From contig JAURJQ010000018.1 of NCBI GenBank assembly GCA_030832185.1, positions 14,027 to 78,026 on the forward strand: 64,000 nucleotides of DNA, in the 5' to 3' direction. This stretch comes from Chitinophagales bacterium (lineage in GTDB: Bacteria; Bacteroidota; Bacteroidia; Chitinophagales; JADJOU01). The translations under genes were made by a program, and so were the position numbers. The notes beneath the pieces were generated by a model. It was not told the origin of the DNA. It saw nothing but the letters and a program-made list of their open reading frames with translations, and did not search any database. How positions within the stretch are numbered: the first letter of the stretch is position 1; each line of letters opens with the position of its first letter. This document shows positions 19,750 to 29,182 of the stretch, in pieces.

Positions 19750-21195
19750 ATGAAGAGCGTATTATTCTTTATTAGTTTTTTCATAGCTCATTATAGTTAC
19801 ACTCAGAGCTCTCTTCGCTTTGAGAGTAGGAAGGTTTATCTGGGTGAAATAGAAATAAACAATGCTTATGGTATAAATTTCAGCTATGAGAATGTATCAG
19901 AGAAACCTATCCTACTAAGCTATGAACCAATTACCAATCTTGTTAACACTACCTATAAAAAGCAGGCAATAGCGCCAGGAGAGAAAGGAACTTTAAAAGT
20001 AAATTTTTATCCAGAAGAAGAGGGGCCATTTAACGAACAATTATATATCATAGTAAATGAAAAAGAAAAAATAGAATTGAGTGTTTATGGTATAGTAGCT
20101 AGTATATCCAAATCATATAAATCACTTACGGATAATAGTAAGCTTTTCGGGGATAGAGATATCGCATTTATGGTAGTAGATGCGCAGACTTTTTTAGGTA
20201 TCCCCTATGCAAAAGTATTTATAAAAAATGTGACGAATCAAAAGAGTTATATTGGCATTGCCAATCGATTTGGCGTGCTTATCAATAGAATTCCTGAAGG
20301 TAAATATAATATTCAAGCCTTAGTCAAAGACTATAGTAAAGATGTATTGGATATTAAGCTCGATGCAAATCGAAATATAGCCATGATACTTCTGGATAGA
20401 CCTGAAGTGAAAGATACACTCGTTAAGAATGACTTTATCGTGAAACCAATGCTAGTTCAAACAAAAGATTCTATAATTCCGGAAAAGGTAGTCGAGTTGA
20501 AAATAGAGCAACAAAAATTTGTAGAGTCTATTGCTGTGGCAAACGAAGTAGAAGAAATTAAGGTCATGCCTCCATTGAATATTGAAGCGATGACTAATTT
20601 CGAAACCCATGAGGAGCTAGTCTCAAATCGCAAGCCATTGAATTTAATCATGCTCATTGACATTTCTAAATCGATGGAGAAGCCAAATAGAATCGGTGTT
20701 CTTAAGAAGAGTATCATTCATTTGATAAAAAACTATGAGGAACTTGACTATCTAGCTATTCTGACCTTTAATGATCGCGTAGAGACTCTTATTGAGCGCA
20801 GTAAAGTGAAAAATAAAGATAAGTGTATAGCAAGCGTTCAGTCAATTTTGCCCTCTGGCACTACAGATGGTGTATTGGGGATAGACGTTGCATTTGATAT
20901 GCTGAAAAAAAATAATATGCCAGAGGCTATCAATATGGTGGTAATAGCTTCTGATGGAAAAATGAATAAGTATGCCTACGATGATAAGGCTATGCTAGAA
21001 AAGATAGAAAAAATGAATGAGGATGGCATTCTTACTTCTGTCGTTGGATTTGGTATATCTCAGAGTTATAAGTCAAAGCTAAACCTTATGGCAGAGGCTG
21101 GAGGAGGCGTATATATAGATATGAATATCGATACAGAAAATCTAGAAGAAGTACTTTTGAATGATATATACTCCACGTTACTTCAACTAAAATAA
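19750..21195 (+). CDS. Secreted VWA-domain protein with DUF1573-like and carboxypeptidase-regulatory-like Ig domains
   Basis: Signal peptide from ATG 19750; AIAPGEKGTLKV Ig motif; LNLIMLIDISKSM (DxSxS MIDAS), GTTDG and VIASDG. Confidence 0.78.
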   Translation: MKSVLFFISFFIAHYSYTQSSLRFESRKVYLGEIEINNAYGINFSYENVSEKPILLSYEPITNLVNTTYKKQAIAPGEKGTLKVNFYPEEEGPFNEQLYIIVNEKEKIELSVYGIVASISKSYKSLTDNSKLFGDRDIAFMVVDAQTFLGIPYAKVFIKNVTNQKSYIGIANRFGVLINRIPEGKYNIQALVKDYSKDVLDIKLDANRNIAMILLDRPEVKDTLVKNDFIVKPMLVQTKDSIIPEKVVELKIEQQKFVESIAVANEVEEIKVMPPLNIEAMTNFETHEELVSNRKPLNLIMLIDISKSMEKPNRIGVLKKSIIHLIKNYEELDYLAILTFNDRVETLIERSKVKNKDKCIASVQSILPSGTTDGVLGIDVAFDMLKKNNMPEAINMVVIASDGKMNKYAYDDKAMLEKIEKMNEDGILTSVVGFGISQSYKSKLNLMAEAGGGVYIDMNIDTENLEEVLLNDIYSTLLQLK

Positions 21196-21208
21196 GGATG
21201 TTTGTTTT

Positions 21209-22417
21209 ATGAATACAGATGTAAGATGGTTTCTTAGTTTTCGCTTTTTTACTACGGTAGCTATGCAGATGAAAATCACTATTCTCAGTTATTTTTTGTA
21301 TAAATTGAGCGGAGAAGCCATAGCGCTAGGCATGCTAGGCTTATATGAAGCACTCCCAAGAATTTTATTAGCTCTGCCTGCAGGCTATCAAGTTGAGCGT
21401 ATGGAAAAGAGGAAGGCACTCGCTATTGTTGTAGGCAGTTATTTTATACTGACGCTACTATTATATCTAGCTATGAATTATTTCCAATCAAATCCGGATA
21501 TATTAACAGAGGTAGTTTATATAAGTGTCTTCCTTATGGGAGTTATTGGCAGTATGGGGATGGGGGCCTCTGTAGCATTATTTTCAGCTATTATTCCAAA
21601 AGATAGAATGGCTCAATATTCTGCTATGAGTAGCAATGCATGGCAAATAGGCGCTATTGTAGGTCCAATACTAGGGGGCTATCTTATTAAGTTTTCTGGT
21701 TCAGAAAATGCTTTTTTAGTAGTGGTTTTTTTCTTATTCATTGCTTTACTTTCTATATTAAAACTCCCTAAGATTGAAAGTCAATTGCAGAATAATTTTA
21801 GTATAATTGATTCTATTCAAAAAATGAAAGAGGGCTTGATCTATGTGAAGGATAATAAGGTGATGCTTTGGGCCATTTCACTTGATTTGTTTGCTGTCTT
21901 ATTTGGAGGTTGTATAGCTTTGTTGCCAATATTTGCTAAAGATATCCTTATCGTAGATAGCGATGGCTATGGACATCTTAGAGCAGCTATGCCCCTGGGC
22001 GCTGCTATCACCATGTTATTTCTAGCTAGAAATCCTATACGAAAAGATACAGGAAAATGGTTGATGATTTTTGTTGGACTTTTTGGGTTAGCGACCCTGT
22101 GCTTTGCACTTTCAAGATCGTTTTATTTATCTCTTTTTATACTATTTCTCATGGGGGCATTTGATGCGGTGAGTGTAGTCATCAGAGGAGCTATACTCAT
22201 GCTAGAGACCCCTGATCACATGCGCGCAAGAGTTACTTCTGTTAATTCTATTTTTATATCATCTAGTAATGAGATTGGAGCATTTGAAAGTGGATTTGCT
22301 GCTCAAATGCTAGGAACCGTCCGATCCGTTTTATTTGGAGGGAGTATGACACTTTTGTTTGTTACTATAGCTTGGAATAAAGCTAAGGTTCTCAGAAATT
22401 ATTCCATGAAAGGATAA
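21209..22417 (+). CDS. MFS transporter (EntS/YbdA-like)
   Basis: 12-TM pattern, GAIVGPILGG, ISLDLFAVLFGG, TPDHMRARVTSVNSIF, NEIGAFESG. Confidence 0.88.
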   Translation: MNTDVRWFLSFRFFTTVAMQMKITILSYFLYKLSGEAIALGMLGLYEALPRILLALPAGYQVERMEKRKALAIVVGSYFILTLLLYLAMNYFQSNPDILTEVVYISVFLMGVIGSMGMGASVALFSAIIPKDRMAQYSAMSSNAWQIGAIVGPILGGYLIKFSGSENAFLVVVFFLFIALLSILKLPKIESQLQNNFSIIDSIQKMKEGLIYVKDNKVMLWAISLDLFAVLFGGCIALLPIFAKDILIVDSDGYGHLRAAMPLGAAITMLFLARNPIRKDTGKWLMIFVGLFGLATLCFALSRSFYLSLFILFLMGAFDAVSVVIRGAILMLETPDHMRARVTSVNSIFISSSNEIGAFESGFAAQMLGTVRSVLFGGSMTLLFVTIAWNKAKVLRNYSMKG

Positions 22418-22435
22418 TGTCTATGAAATTCAATT

Positions 22436-22870
22436 TTAATTATTCAACTTGGTCTTAACCATACACAATAATTCTTTTTCAGTTCGATAGAATTCTATAC
22501 ATGGCATAGCCGTATCTGTTCGTTCTGATCGCAACAGTTGGTCGAACGTAGGTCCTATATGCATGAGATTCTGATTCCAGTCATTAAGAAGAATGGAAAA
22601 ATAAGCTCCTTGCTCTATGACTCGAGTTGATAATTTTTTCTCCTTAGCCTCCCCTATAAATAATTCTGTAAATGCAGCATAATAAGTCATCCTATTCTCC
22701 TCCTTCATCACCAGTCCATAGCAGTCTCTTGACTCTCCTTTGTTCTCCAGTTTTTCTGCTAGTCGCACGAAAGCATCCCCTATTCCCTTTCCGAAGTTCT
22801 CTGCTTTTTCTACTATAAGTGTTATGTCTTCTTCGATTTCATATGATTCTATTGGATTCATAATATGCAT
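22436..22870 (-). CDS. GyrI-like small-molecule-binding domain protein
   Basis: AFVRL...CYGL...YYAAF...IGPTFDQL...PCIEFY pattern; 144 aa. Confidence 0.55.
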   Translation of the reverse strand: MHIMNPIESYEIEEDITLIVEKAENFGKGIGDAFVRLAEKLENKGESRDCYGLVMKEENRMTYYAAFTELFIGEAKEKKLSTRVIEQGAYFSILLNDWNQNLMHIGPTFDQLLRSERTDTAMPCIEFYRTEKELLCMVKTKLNN

Positions 22871-22883
22871 AATCTGAGTTTTT

Positions 22884-23291
22884 TTATTCTTCTATAGTTC
22901 CTATTTTGATTCGATTCCAGACTCGTTCATGGATATAATATAAAATTACTTTGGTTAGAAACTCTGTGGCGCCAATCTTGAGACCTGTCAGTGGGCTTCC
23001 TGTATATATCCATGCGATCAAAATGGTATCAATTGAGCCAATGATACGCCAAGTCATTCCTTTTAGGAGACTAATTTTTCGCTGGACTACCTTATTGCCA
23101 AATGTTTTGAAATAAATACGTTCATGTATATAGTAGAGTACTATTTTCGTTAACACTTCAGTCATACCTATTTTCAAGGCACTTAAAGGATCTAAAGTAT
23201 AAAAGTAGGAGATAATTATAGTATCTATCGTACCCACTATGCGCCAGGAGATTCCTTTTAAAAAACTGCGGTATCGTTTATCTTTTGGCAT
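22884..23291 (-). CDS. Tandem DUF2061 membrane protein
   Basis: Two copies of KG(I/M)(S/T)WRI(V/I)G(T/S)IDT...TK(I/V)(V/I)LYYIHER. Confidence 0.85.
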   Translation of the reverse strand: MPKDKRYRSFLKGISWRIVGTIDTIIISYFYTLDPLSALKIGMTEVLTKIVLYYIHERIYFKTFGNKVVQRKISLLKGMTWRIIGSIDTILIAWIYTGSPLTGLKIGATEFLTKVILYYIHERVWNRIKIGTIEE

Positions 23292-23327
23292 TTTTCAGAT
23301 ACCTTGATAGATGTTATGGTATAAAAG

Positions 23328-23335
23328 CAAAGATA
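23328..23335 (-). promoter_or_regulatory. -7 element TATCTTTG for the DUF2061 gene (proximal)
   Basis: Plus-strand caaagata. Confidence 0.45.
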
Positions 23336-23414
23336 AGACTTCTGTAATTTGAGAGATGTAGAATTTTCATTAGCAAAGACTATAAAAACAAGTCAGTTTC
23401 CTTAACCTCTAAGG

Positions 23415-23422
23415 CAAAAGTA
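23415..23422 (-). promoter_or_regulatory. -7 element TACTTTTG for the DUF2061 gene (distal)
   Basis: Plus-strand caaaagta, with a TTTG (plus caaa 23439-23442) 16 nt upstream. Confidence 0.45.
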
Positions 23423-23469
23423 TCAATGTACAATTTGGCAAATAAGTCCAAGAGTCAACTATTTATATA

Positions 23470-23477
23470 TAGCTTTG
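23470..23477 (+). promoter_or_regulatory. -7 element TAGCTTTG for the second efflux operon
   Basis: TAnnTTTG match 16 nt before the ATG at 23494. Confidence 0.55.
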
Positions 23478-23493
23478 TCTTTTAGTAAAAATT

Positions 23494-24576
23494 ATGCGCT
23501 ACTTCAGCCTTTTTCTATTCTCAAGTTTATTTCTTTCATGCAAGGAAAAGAAAGACTCCTATATAGTCCACCCAACAAGTATTACACAATCAGTGTATGC
23601 TTCAGGCATTATAAAGAGTGAGGGACAATATCAAGTTTTTCCTAAGTCTTCTGGAGTGATAGCTCAGGTGCTTATAGCAGAAGGAGAGATTGTAAATTCG
23701 GGTTCGATACTGATGAAAATAGAAAACGAAATTGTGGAATTTAATCAAGCGCTTTCCACGGTCAATGCTCAATTTAATGATAAGAAGAATAATAATGATA
23801 AGCTTGAAGAACTTTATCAAAATATTAAAATAGTAGAGAAAAAATTAAAAACAGATTCCATGCTATTTATTAGGCAAAAAAATCTATGGCAGCAAGGTAT
23901 TGGATCCCAATTGGAATATGAGCAACGTGAGCTTTCCTATGATAATGCTAGGTCGAATTTTAAAAGTATAAGGTTAAGATACAGTCAATTGAATAAACAG
24001 GTCAATCTACTCGACAAGCAATCAGAGTATGCACTCAAAATTTCTCAAACACAGTCAAATGATAGAAGTGTAAAAAGTCAGATAAGCGGGATAGTCTATA
24101 GTATTTTAAAAAAGGAAGGAGAAATGGTCACTCCGCAAACACCAGTTGCCATAATTGGCTCTGACAAGGAGTATCATATCGAACTCAATGTGGATGAAAC
24201 AGATATTACTAAAATTAAGATAGGTCAGCCAGTGGCAGTTAGCATGGAGAGCTATCCTGAAACTAGTTTTGAGGCGAAAATAACGAAGATTTATCCTATT
24301 ATGAATGAACGAACTAAGACATTTGTAGTGATTGCAACATTTATAAAGTCGCCACCCAATTTATATCCAAATCTTAGTTTAGAAGCGAATATATTAATCA
24401 GTAAAAAGGAAAGGGCCTTGTTGGTTCCATTAAACTATTTATCAAATGAAAACGAACTCACCCTGATTTCTGGAGAGAAAAGAAAAGTGCGCATTGGAAT
24501 TAAAAACTTTGAAATGGCAGAAATTATAGATGGAATAAAAGAGGGTGAAGAAATTGCAAAACCAACGACTGAGTGA
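23494..24576 (+). CDS. Efflux periplasmic adaptor (lipoprotein)
   Basis: Lipobox LFLSC, SVYASG, biotinyl-lipoyl hairpin, LNVDETDITKIKIGQ, LYPNLSLEANI. Confidence 0.88.
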   Translation: MRYFSLFLFSSLFLSCKEKKDSYIVHPTSITQSVYASGIIKSEGQYQVFPKSSGVIAQVLIAEGEIVNSGSILMKIENEIVEFNQALSTVNAQFNDKKNNNDKLEELYQNIKIVEKKLKTDSMLFIRQKNLWQQGIGSQLEYEQRELSYDNARSNFKSIRLRYSQLNKQVNLLDKQSEYALKISQTQSNDRSVKSQISGIVYSILKKEGEMVTPQTPVAIIGSDKEYHIELNVDETDITKIKIGQPVAVSMESYPETSFEAKITKIYPIMNERTKTFVVIATFIKSPPNLYPNLSLEANILISKKERALLVPLNYLSNENELTLISGEKRKVRIGIKNFEMAEIIDGIKEGEEIAKPTTE

Positions 24577-25826
24577 GATTATTGGTGAATATTGCATGGT
24601 CATTATTACAAGCTAGAAGGAAGCAAAGTGTAATAGCCGCTGTAGGAGTTACCTTCGGTATTACTATGTTTATTGCCTTACTTAGTTTTATGACTGGGCT
24701 CAATAAAATGCTCGACGGGCTAATTCTCAATAGGACCCCGCATGTCAGGATTTATAAAGAAATTACCACTAATCCGAATCAACCTATTGAGAATTGGTTC
24801 ATTTCTCAGAATAGCTATCATTTTATTGAATCCATCAAAGCGAGCAATAGTCGCTCTGAAATATTAAAGTCTCAGGAGATTTTAAACAGCTTGGCTCATG
24901 ATGGAAGAGTGCTTGGATATTCTCGAAAGGTATCATCTCCTGCTTTTTTTAATTTAGGGACCATAGATATAGCTGGTTTTCTCAATGGGATAGATGTGGA
25001 GAAGGAAGTAAAATTTTATAAATTTTCAGATTATGTGACTACTGGAAATCCAATCGATATAAAAAATGTACCAAACTCTATTATATTAGGTAAGCCATTA
25101 GCTGAAAAACTTTTAGCAGACCTCGGTGATATTATTCAATTGACGACATCGCAGGGCGATCGGTTTCAATTGAAGGTAGTAGGTTGTTACCAGTCAGGCA
25201 TAGCAGATTTTGATAAGACGCAGAGTTTTGCATCGGTTGCTACAGCTCAGAAATTATTAGGTAGAGGCCCAGATTACATTACAGATATTCAAGTCAAATT
25301 GAAAAGTATAGAAATGGCGCCTATCATAGCACTTGAATTTCAAAAAAAATTTCAAACTAATGCAATCGATATTCAAAAGGCAAATGCACAATTTGAAACA
25401 GGGACTAAGGTTAGGAATATTATATCCTATGCCGTGGGGGTCACATTGCTTATAGTTGCTGGGTTTGGGATATACAATATTCTGAATATGATGATTTATG
25501 AAAAGATGGACACTATAGCTATTCTGAAGGCAACAGGATTCTCTGGCACTGATGTAAAATCTATTTTTATTGTTATCTCACTCTCTATAGGAGTGGCAGG
25601 TTGTTTTGCTGGGTTATTTATAGGATTTTTATTCACCGTGTTCATTAGTACGATTCCATTTAATACGGAGGCATTACCTACGATAAAAACCTACCCTGTA
25701 TCTTTTAATCCGTTTTTCTATTTCATAGCATTTTGTTTTTCGCTGATTACTACATTTTTCGCTGGTTGGTTTCCGGCTAAGAAAGCAAGCAACATAGACC
25801 CTGTAGAAATTATAAGAGGAAAGTAA
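24573..25826 (+). CDS. ABC permease, LolE/FtsX family
   Basis: QSVIAAVGVTFGITMF, VAGFGIYNILNMMIYEKMDTIAILKATGF, FPAKKASNIDPVEIIRG; GTG start. Confidence 0.9.
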   Translation: MRLLVNIAWSLLQARRKQSVIAAVGVTFGITMFIALLSFMTGLNKMLDGLILNRTPHVRIYKEITTNPNQPIENWFISQNSYHFIESIKASNSRSEILKSQEILNSLAHDGRVLGYSRKVSSPAFFNLGTIDIAGFLNGIDVEKEVKFYKFSDYVTTGNPIDIKNVPNSIILGKPLAEKLLADLGDIIQLTTSQGDRFQLKVVGCYQSGIADFDKTQSFASVATAQKLLGRGPDYITDIQVKLKSIEMAPIIALEFQKKFQTNAIDIQKANAQFETGTKVRNIISYAVGVTLLIVAGFGIYNILNMMIYEKMDTIAILKATGFSGTDVKSIFIVISLSIGVAGCFAGLFIGFLFTVFISTIPFNTEALPTIKTYPVSFNPFFYFIAFCFSLITTFFAGWFPAKKASNIDPVEIIRGK

Positions 25827-25830
25827 GTAT

Positions 25831-26510
25831 ATGACAGAGACAGTATTGAAATGTGAAGAAATTACCAAATATTTTTACGATCCTATCGAAGTAAAAGTAT
25901 TAGATAAAGTTTCTTTTGAAATTACCAGAGGAGAGTTCATCTCTTTAGTGGGCAAATCTGGATGCGGTAAGTCCACGCTTTTGTATATCCTATCTACTAT
26001 GGATAGAGACTATCAGGGGAATCTATATATTGATAAGCAACTCATGGGGCCAAAAACGGGTGCGGAATTAGCTCAAGTTCGGAATGAGAAAATTGGCTTT
26101 GTTTTTCAATTTCACTATCTCCTCAATGAATTTACAGTACTTAAGAATGTGATGCTACCGGCATTAAAATTAAAAAAATATTCTGAAGAGGAAATTGAAG
26201 CTAGAGCGATGAAAAAATTAGAAGTCCTTGGAATTGGAGATTTAGCATTGCGAAATGCAGGTCAAATATCTGGCGGTCAAAAGCAGCGAGTGGCTATAGC
26301 TAGGCCCTCATCAATGATCCATTAATCATTATGGGCGATGAGCCTACAGGTAATTTAGATTTAAAGAATAGTCAAATAGTGTTCGATATTTTCAAACAAT
26401 TGACAGAAGAGCTAAATCAAACTCTACTTATTGTCACACACGACATGAGCTTCGCAGAAAGAACTCATCGTATCATAGAGATGGAAGATGGCAGAATCAT
26501 TAGGAGCTAA
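25831..26510 (+). pseudogene. LolD-type ABC ATPase split by a 1-nt deletion near 26304 (real pseudogene or sequencing error)
   Basis: First frame has GKSGCGKST and [13 protein letters not shown], then stops at 26325; the shifted frame continues LINDPLIIMGDEPTGNLD...VTHD...MEDGRIIRS to TAA 26508-26510. Confidence 0.9.
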
Positions 26511-26534
26511 TTTGTTGCTCAAAATTATACAATA

Positions 26535-27056
26535 TCACTTATCCAGGCGCTCTTTCTTGGTTTTTTTTAGTAGACTAAATTTTTTAGAGGCTTCGTTCCA
26601 AAGATAAAAGTAGAATTCTTGTTCTACCTTAAATCCTTGAGCTTCTTTTTTAGTTTTACAGATAGATGTAACTAATAGCTTACTATTAGGAAGGAATAGA
26701 TATCTATCAAAGATGTCGTCTCTGTCCTGACATTGGTTCGATGTATTTAGAGAATTTATAGGTAATTTATAGATTAACCCTGTGCGACTATCTATCATCA
26801 CACCCTGCACGCAGTTTGTTCCGCAAAGCCATAATACTGTGACATAATTGCCCCCGAACGATATTGTACCTGTTTCAAAGCCTTCTTTGATTTCTTTGAC
26901 TTTATTTTTGTATGGGTTTGTCTTCCAATTGATTTTAGCTGTTTTCTTAAATTCTATTTCCCTAGCGGGATAGGTCATAAAATCTAATCCTTCGACAGAT
27001 TGGCTGCAAATAACTGAGCTTGAGAATAAAGTTAAGGATAAAATAAAAGCTTTCAT
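26535..27056 (-). CDS. Secreted hypothetical protein with FGGNY..WLCGTNC..IDSRTG motif
   Basis: Signal peptide, 173 aa, four Cys, well-formed ORF in a co-oriented gene run. Confidence 0.65.
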   Translation of the reverse strand: MKAFILSLTLFSSSVICSQSVEGLDFMTYPAREIEFKKTAKINWKTNPYKNKVKEIKEGFETGTISFGGNYVTVLWLCGTNCVQGVMIDSRTGLIYKLPINSLNTSNQCQDRDDIFDRYLFLPNSKLLVTSICKTKKEAQGFKVEQEFYFYLWNEASKKFSLLKKTKKERLDK

Positions 27057-27073
27057 TTTGATTGTTTTAGCGT

Positions 27074-27382
27074 TTAATTTTCATCCATCCCTTTCAGTAT
27101 CTTATAGTCTAGATAGAAGGTACCAAAAGGTATGAAACAAGATATCATCAGTTTCAGTGGAAGGTCTTTATAACTCCAGTTTTTTTCCTCAGCAGTGAGA
27201 AAAAGCTGCAATGCAAATAAAACGAACAAGGCGCCATGGATAGAGCCAATCATACGCACAAAAGATGGGTCTCCCCAAATATATTTCATAGGCATGGCGA
27301 AACCCATTAGTACGATAAGAGATAAGCCTTCTAAAAATCCTGCTAAACGCAGTCTGCTGATATTAGTATTAAAGACATTCAT
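27074..27382 (-). CDS. DUF3817 membrane protein
   Basis: LRLAGFLEGLSLIVL, GSIHGALF, IPFGTF. Confidence 0.85.
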   Translation of the reverse strand: MNVFNTNISRLRLAGFLEGLSLIVLMGFAMPMKYIWGDPSFVRMIGSIHGALFVLFALQLFLTAEEKNWSYKDLPLKLMISCFIPFGTFYLDYKILKGMDEN

Positions 27383-27387
27383 AAATT

Positions 27388-27759
27388 TTATTTAACTCTT
27401 TTGCCCATATAAGTTTTAGTAATAAAAAATTTCTTACCTACGAAGCGCATATCTTCTTCCGAGTCGAGGTATATTTTAGTCTCTATTTTCATTTTTGATT
27501 TAGGAGTCGTAAAGATACCATCAATATAGTTTTTACTATCTATTCCCTTCCCTATGAATATCAGCTGTTGGAGATATATAGCTTTGTCAGATTCTATGAT
27601 TTTTCCATAACAGAATCCATCGCCCCCTACATAGAAATTGACTAACGAGTTATCTAGATCTTTTAGTATCCAATTTCCCTCCAATGCGCTCCACTTAGTT
27701 TGACCTAAACTAGTTAAGCTCCATAAAATACAAGTTAGTAATAGAATTCTCTCTCTCAT
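27388..27759 (-). CDS. Secreted hypothetical protein (DUF2147-like)
   Basis: Signal peptide, LEGNW...CYGKI pattern; weak similarity only. Confidence 0.5.
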   Translation of the reverse strand: MRERILLLTCILWSLTSLGQTKWSALEGNWILKDLDNSLVNFYVGGDGFCYGKIIESDKAIYLQQLIFIGKGIDSKNYIDGIFTTPKSKMKIETKIYLDSEEDMRFVGKKFFITKTYMGKRVK

Positions 27760-27776
27760 TTTCAGATCTAGATTGA

Positions 27777-28829
27777 CTATTGCTTTTTAGGTTTATAATT
27801 CGATTGTTTTAAAATCTCCTTTGGTGAGGTAGCTAGCAGTTCTTTTAGCGGTTTGTTGGCTCTAGATTGATATGCTTTTATGATTTGCCAACCTGTCCAT
27901 GCTCCTACCATACCTGGGCTCTCGCTCGGCATACCAGGTGTAGTGGGACCCTCTGCGGTCATTCGTTTGAGGACCATGACTTCCGTACTGTATAGTACTT
28001 TATTTTCTTTAAAATAAGCCCATATTTCGTATTCATTTTCTTCACACCACTTCATCTGAGCCTCTGTGTAGCCGATTTTGACGGCGTCTTTCATATCTGG
28101 GCATATCTTGTCTAAATAATAAAATTCCTTGCCTTTTTCTATCATTGCATAGATAAGCTCGCTGTGTACCTCTTTTGCAGCCTGTTTTTCTCGGAGCAGA
28201 TTATATTCTACTAACATGATGTTTCGGGCTAAATAGTCTCGTTGGTTCCACTCTATCATATAGCTATATCCTTCGTAAAGGTTCTTGTATAGAGAAAAGT
28301 TTTTCCCTAGATAATTAAACCAATTGAATCCGATGGTGTCTTGTCCATAGCTGAATGCAGCAGGAGGATTTGCACCCATAGGTGAAATGAAAAATGAATA
28401 GATAGTGCTGGGTTTTTTTTCTGGAAAGTGTTTGGACAGTCGGTGATAACAAATTCCCAATTCCTTTTCTATTCCCGAAACATTTGGGGTGATGTATTGA
28501 TCTATAGTGTCCATAATAGACGGATACTCTTCACTGAGGAATCCAGAAAGATGAGGTCTATAATAGTAAGAATTTTTAGGATCTAGACTCCCTAATCCCA
28601 TCAATTTTTCTATGTAGAAGTGATATACATCTCCATATTTTTGAATCATAGTTTTTTCTGAGATTTCAAAATTCGTCGTATCAAATTTTTTAAAATCTAG
28701 GTCGAAACGCTTTATTTTTATAGGCACTGCTCCTGCTGAGTCCGTTCTATCACAGGAAGAAAATAGAACTAGGGCGCATAAGATGCAAAGGTATAAGCTA
28801 CTGCGGAACATAGAATGATAAAAGCTCAT
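27777..28829 (-). CDS. gldB: Gliding-motility lipoprotein GldB-like
   Basis: Lipobox LFSSC, IKIKRFD, IGYTEAQMKWCEENE..IW.YF, PGMPSESPGMVGAWTGWQII. Confidence 0.78.
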   Translation of the reverse strand: MSFYHSMFRSSLYLCILCALVLFSSCDRTDSAGAVPIKIKRFDLDFKKFDTTNFEISEKTMIQKYGDVYHFYIEKLMGLGSLDPKNSYYYRPHLSGFLSEEYPSIMDTIDQYITPNVSGIEKELGICYHRLSKHFPEKKPSTIYSFFISPMGANPPAAFSYGQDTIGFNWFNYLGKNFSLYKNLYEGYSYMIEWNQRDYLARNIMLVEYNLLREKQAAKEVHSELIYAMIEKGKEFYYLDKICPDMKDAVKIGYTEAQMKWCEENEYEIWAYFKENKVLYSTEVMVLKRMTAEGPTTPGMPSESPGMVGAWTGWQIIKAYQSRANKPLKELLATSPKEILKQSNYKPKKQ

Positions 28830-29054
28830 TTATTTAGGCGTATCTGCGCTACTTTGTATAGTAGTCTCAGCGCCAGAATTAGTTATGGGTTGGGCGGTAT
28901 GATCTGTTTTGACAAAATAGAGCCCTAGCAGACCAGCCAGTAAAAGCATGATCGCTAATGGCAAAAAACGTTTGATAAGACGAAGGCTTGTCTCTGGATT
29001 TTCCTTTACATCTTCTGCTATTTCAGTTATAAAATTCTTGTCATTTAGACTCAT
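28830..29054 (-). CDS. Small single-pass membrane protein
   Basis: One hydrophobic segment (FLPLAIMLLLAGLLGLYFV); stop abuts the gldB start; ATG 29054 preferred. Confidence 0.55.
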   Translation of the reverse strand: MSLNDKNFITEIAEDVKENPETSLRLIKRFLPLAIMLLLAGLLGLYFVKTDHTAQPITNSGAETTIQSSADTPK

Positions 29055-29182
29055 ATTCTTATTTTTCACAAAAATATAGTATTTAAAATCTAATATTGTG
29101 AATTATTACTAAATATAGATGTTAGGAGATTAATTTGTAATATAATAATCTAAAGCAATATTATGATAAAAATAGATAATAA

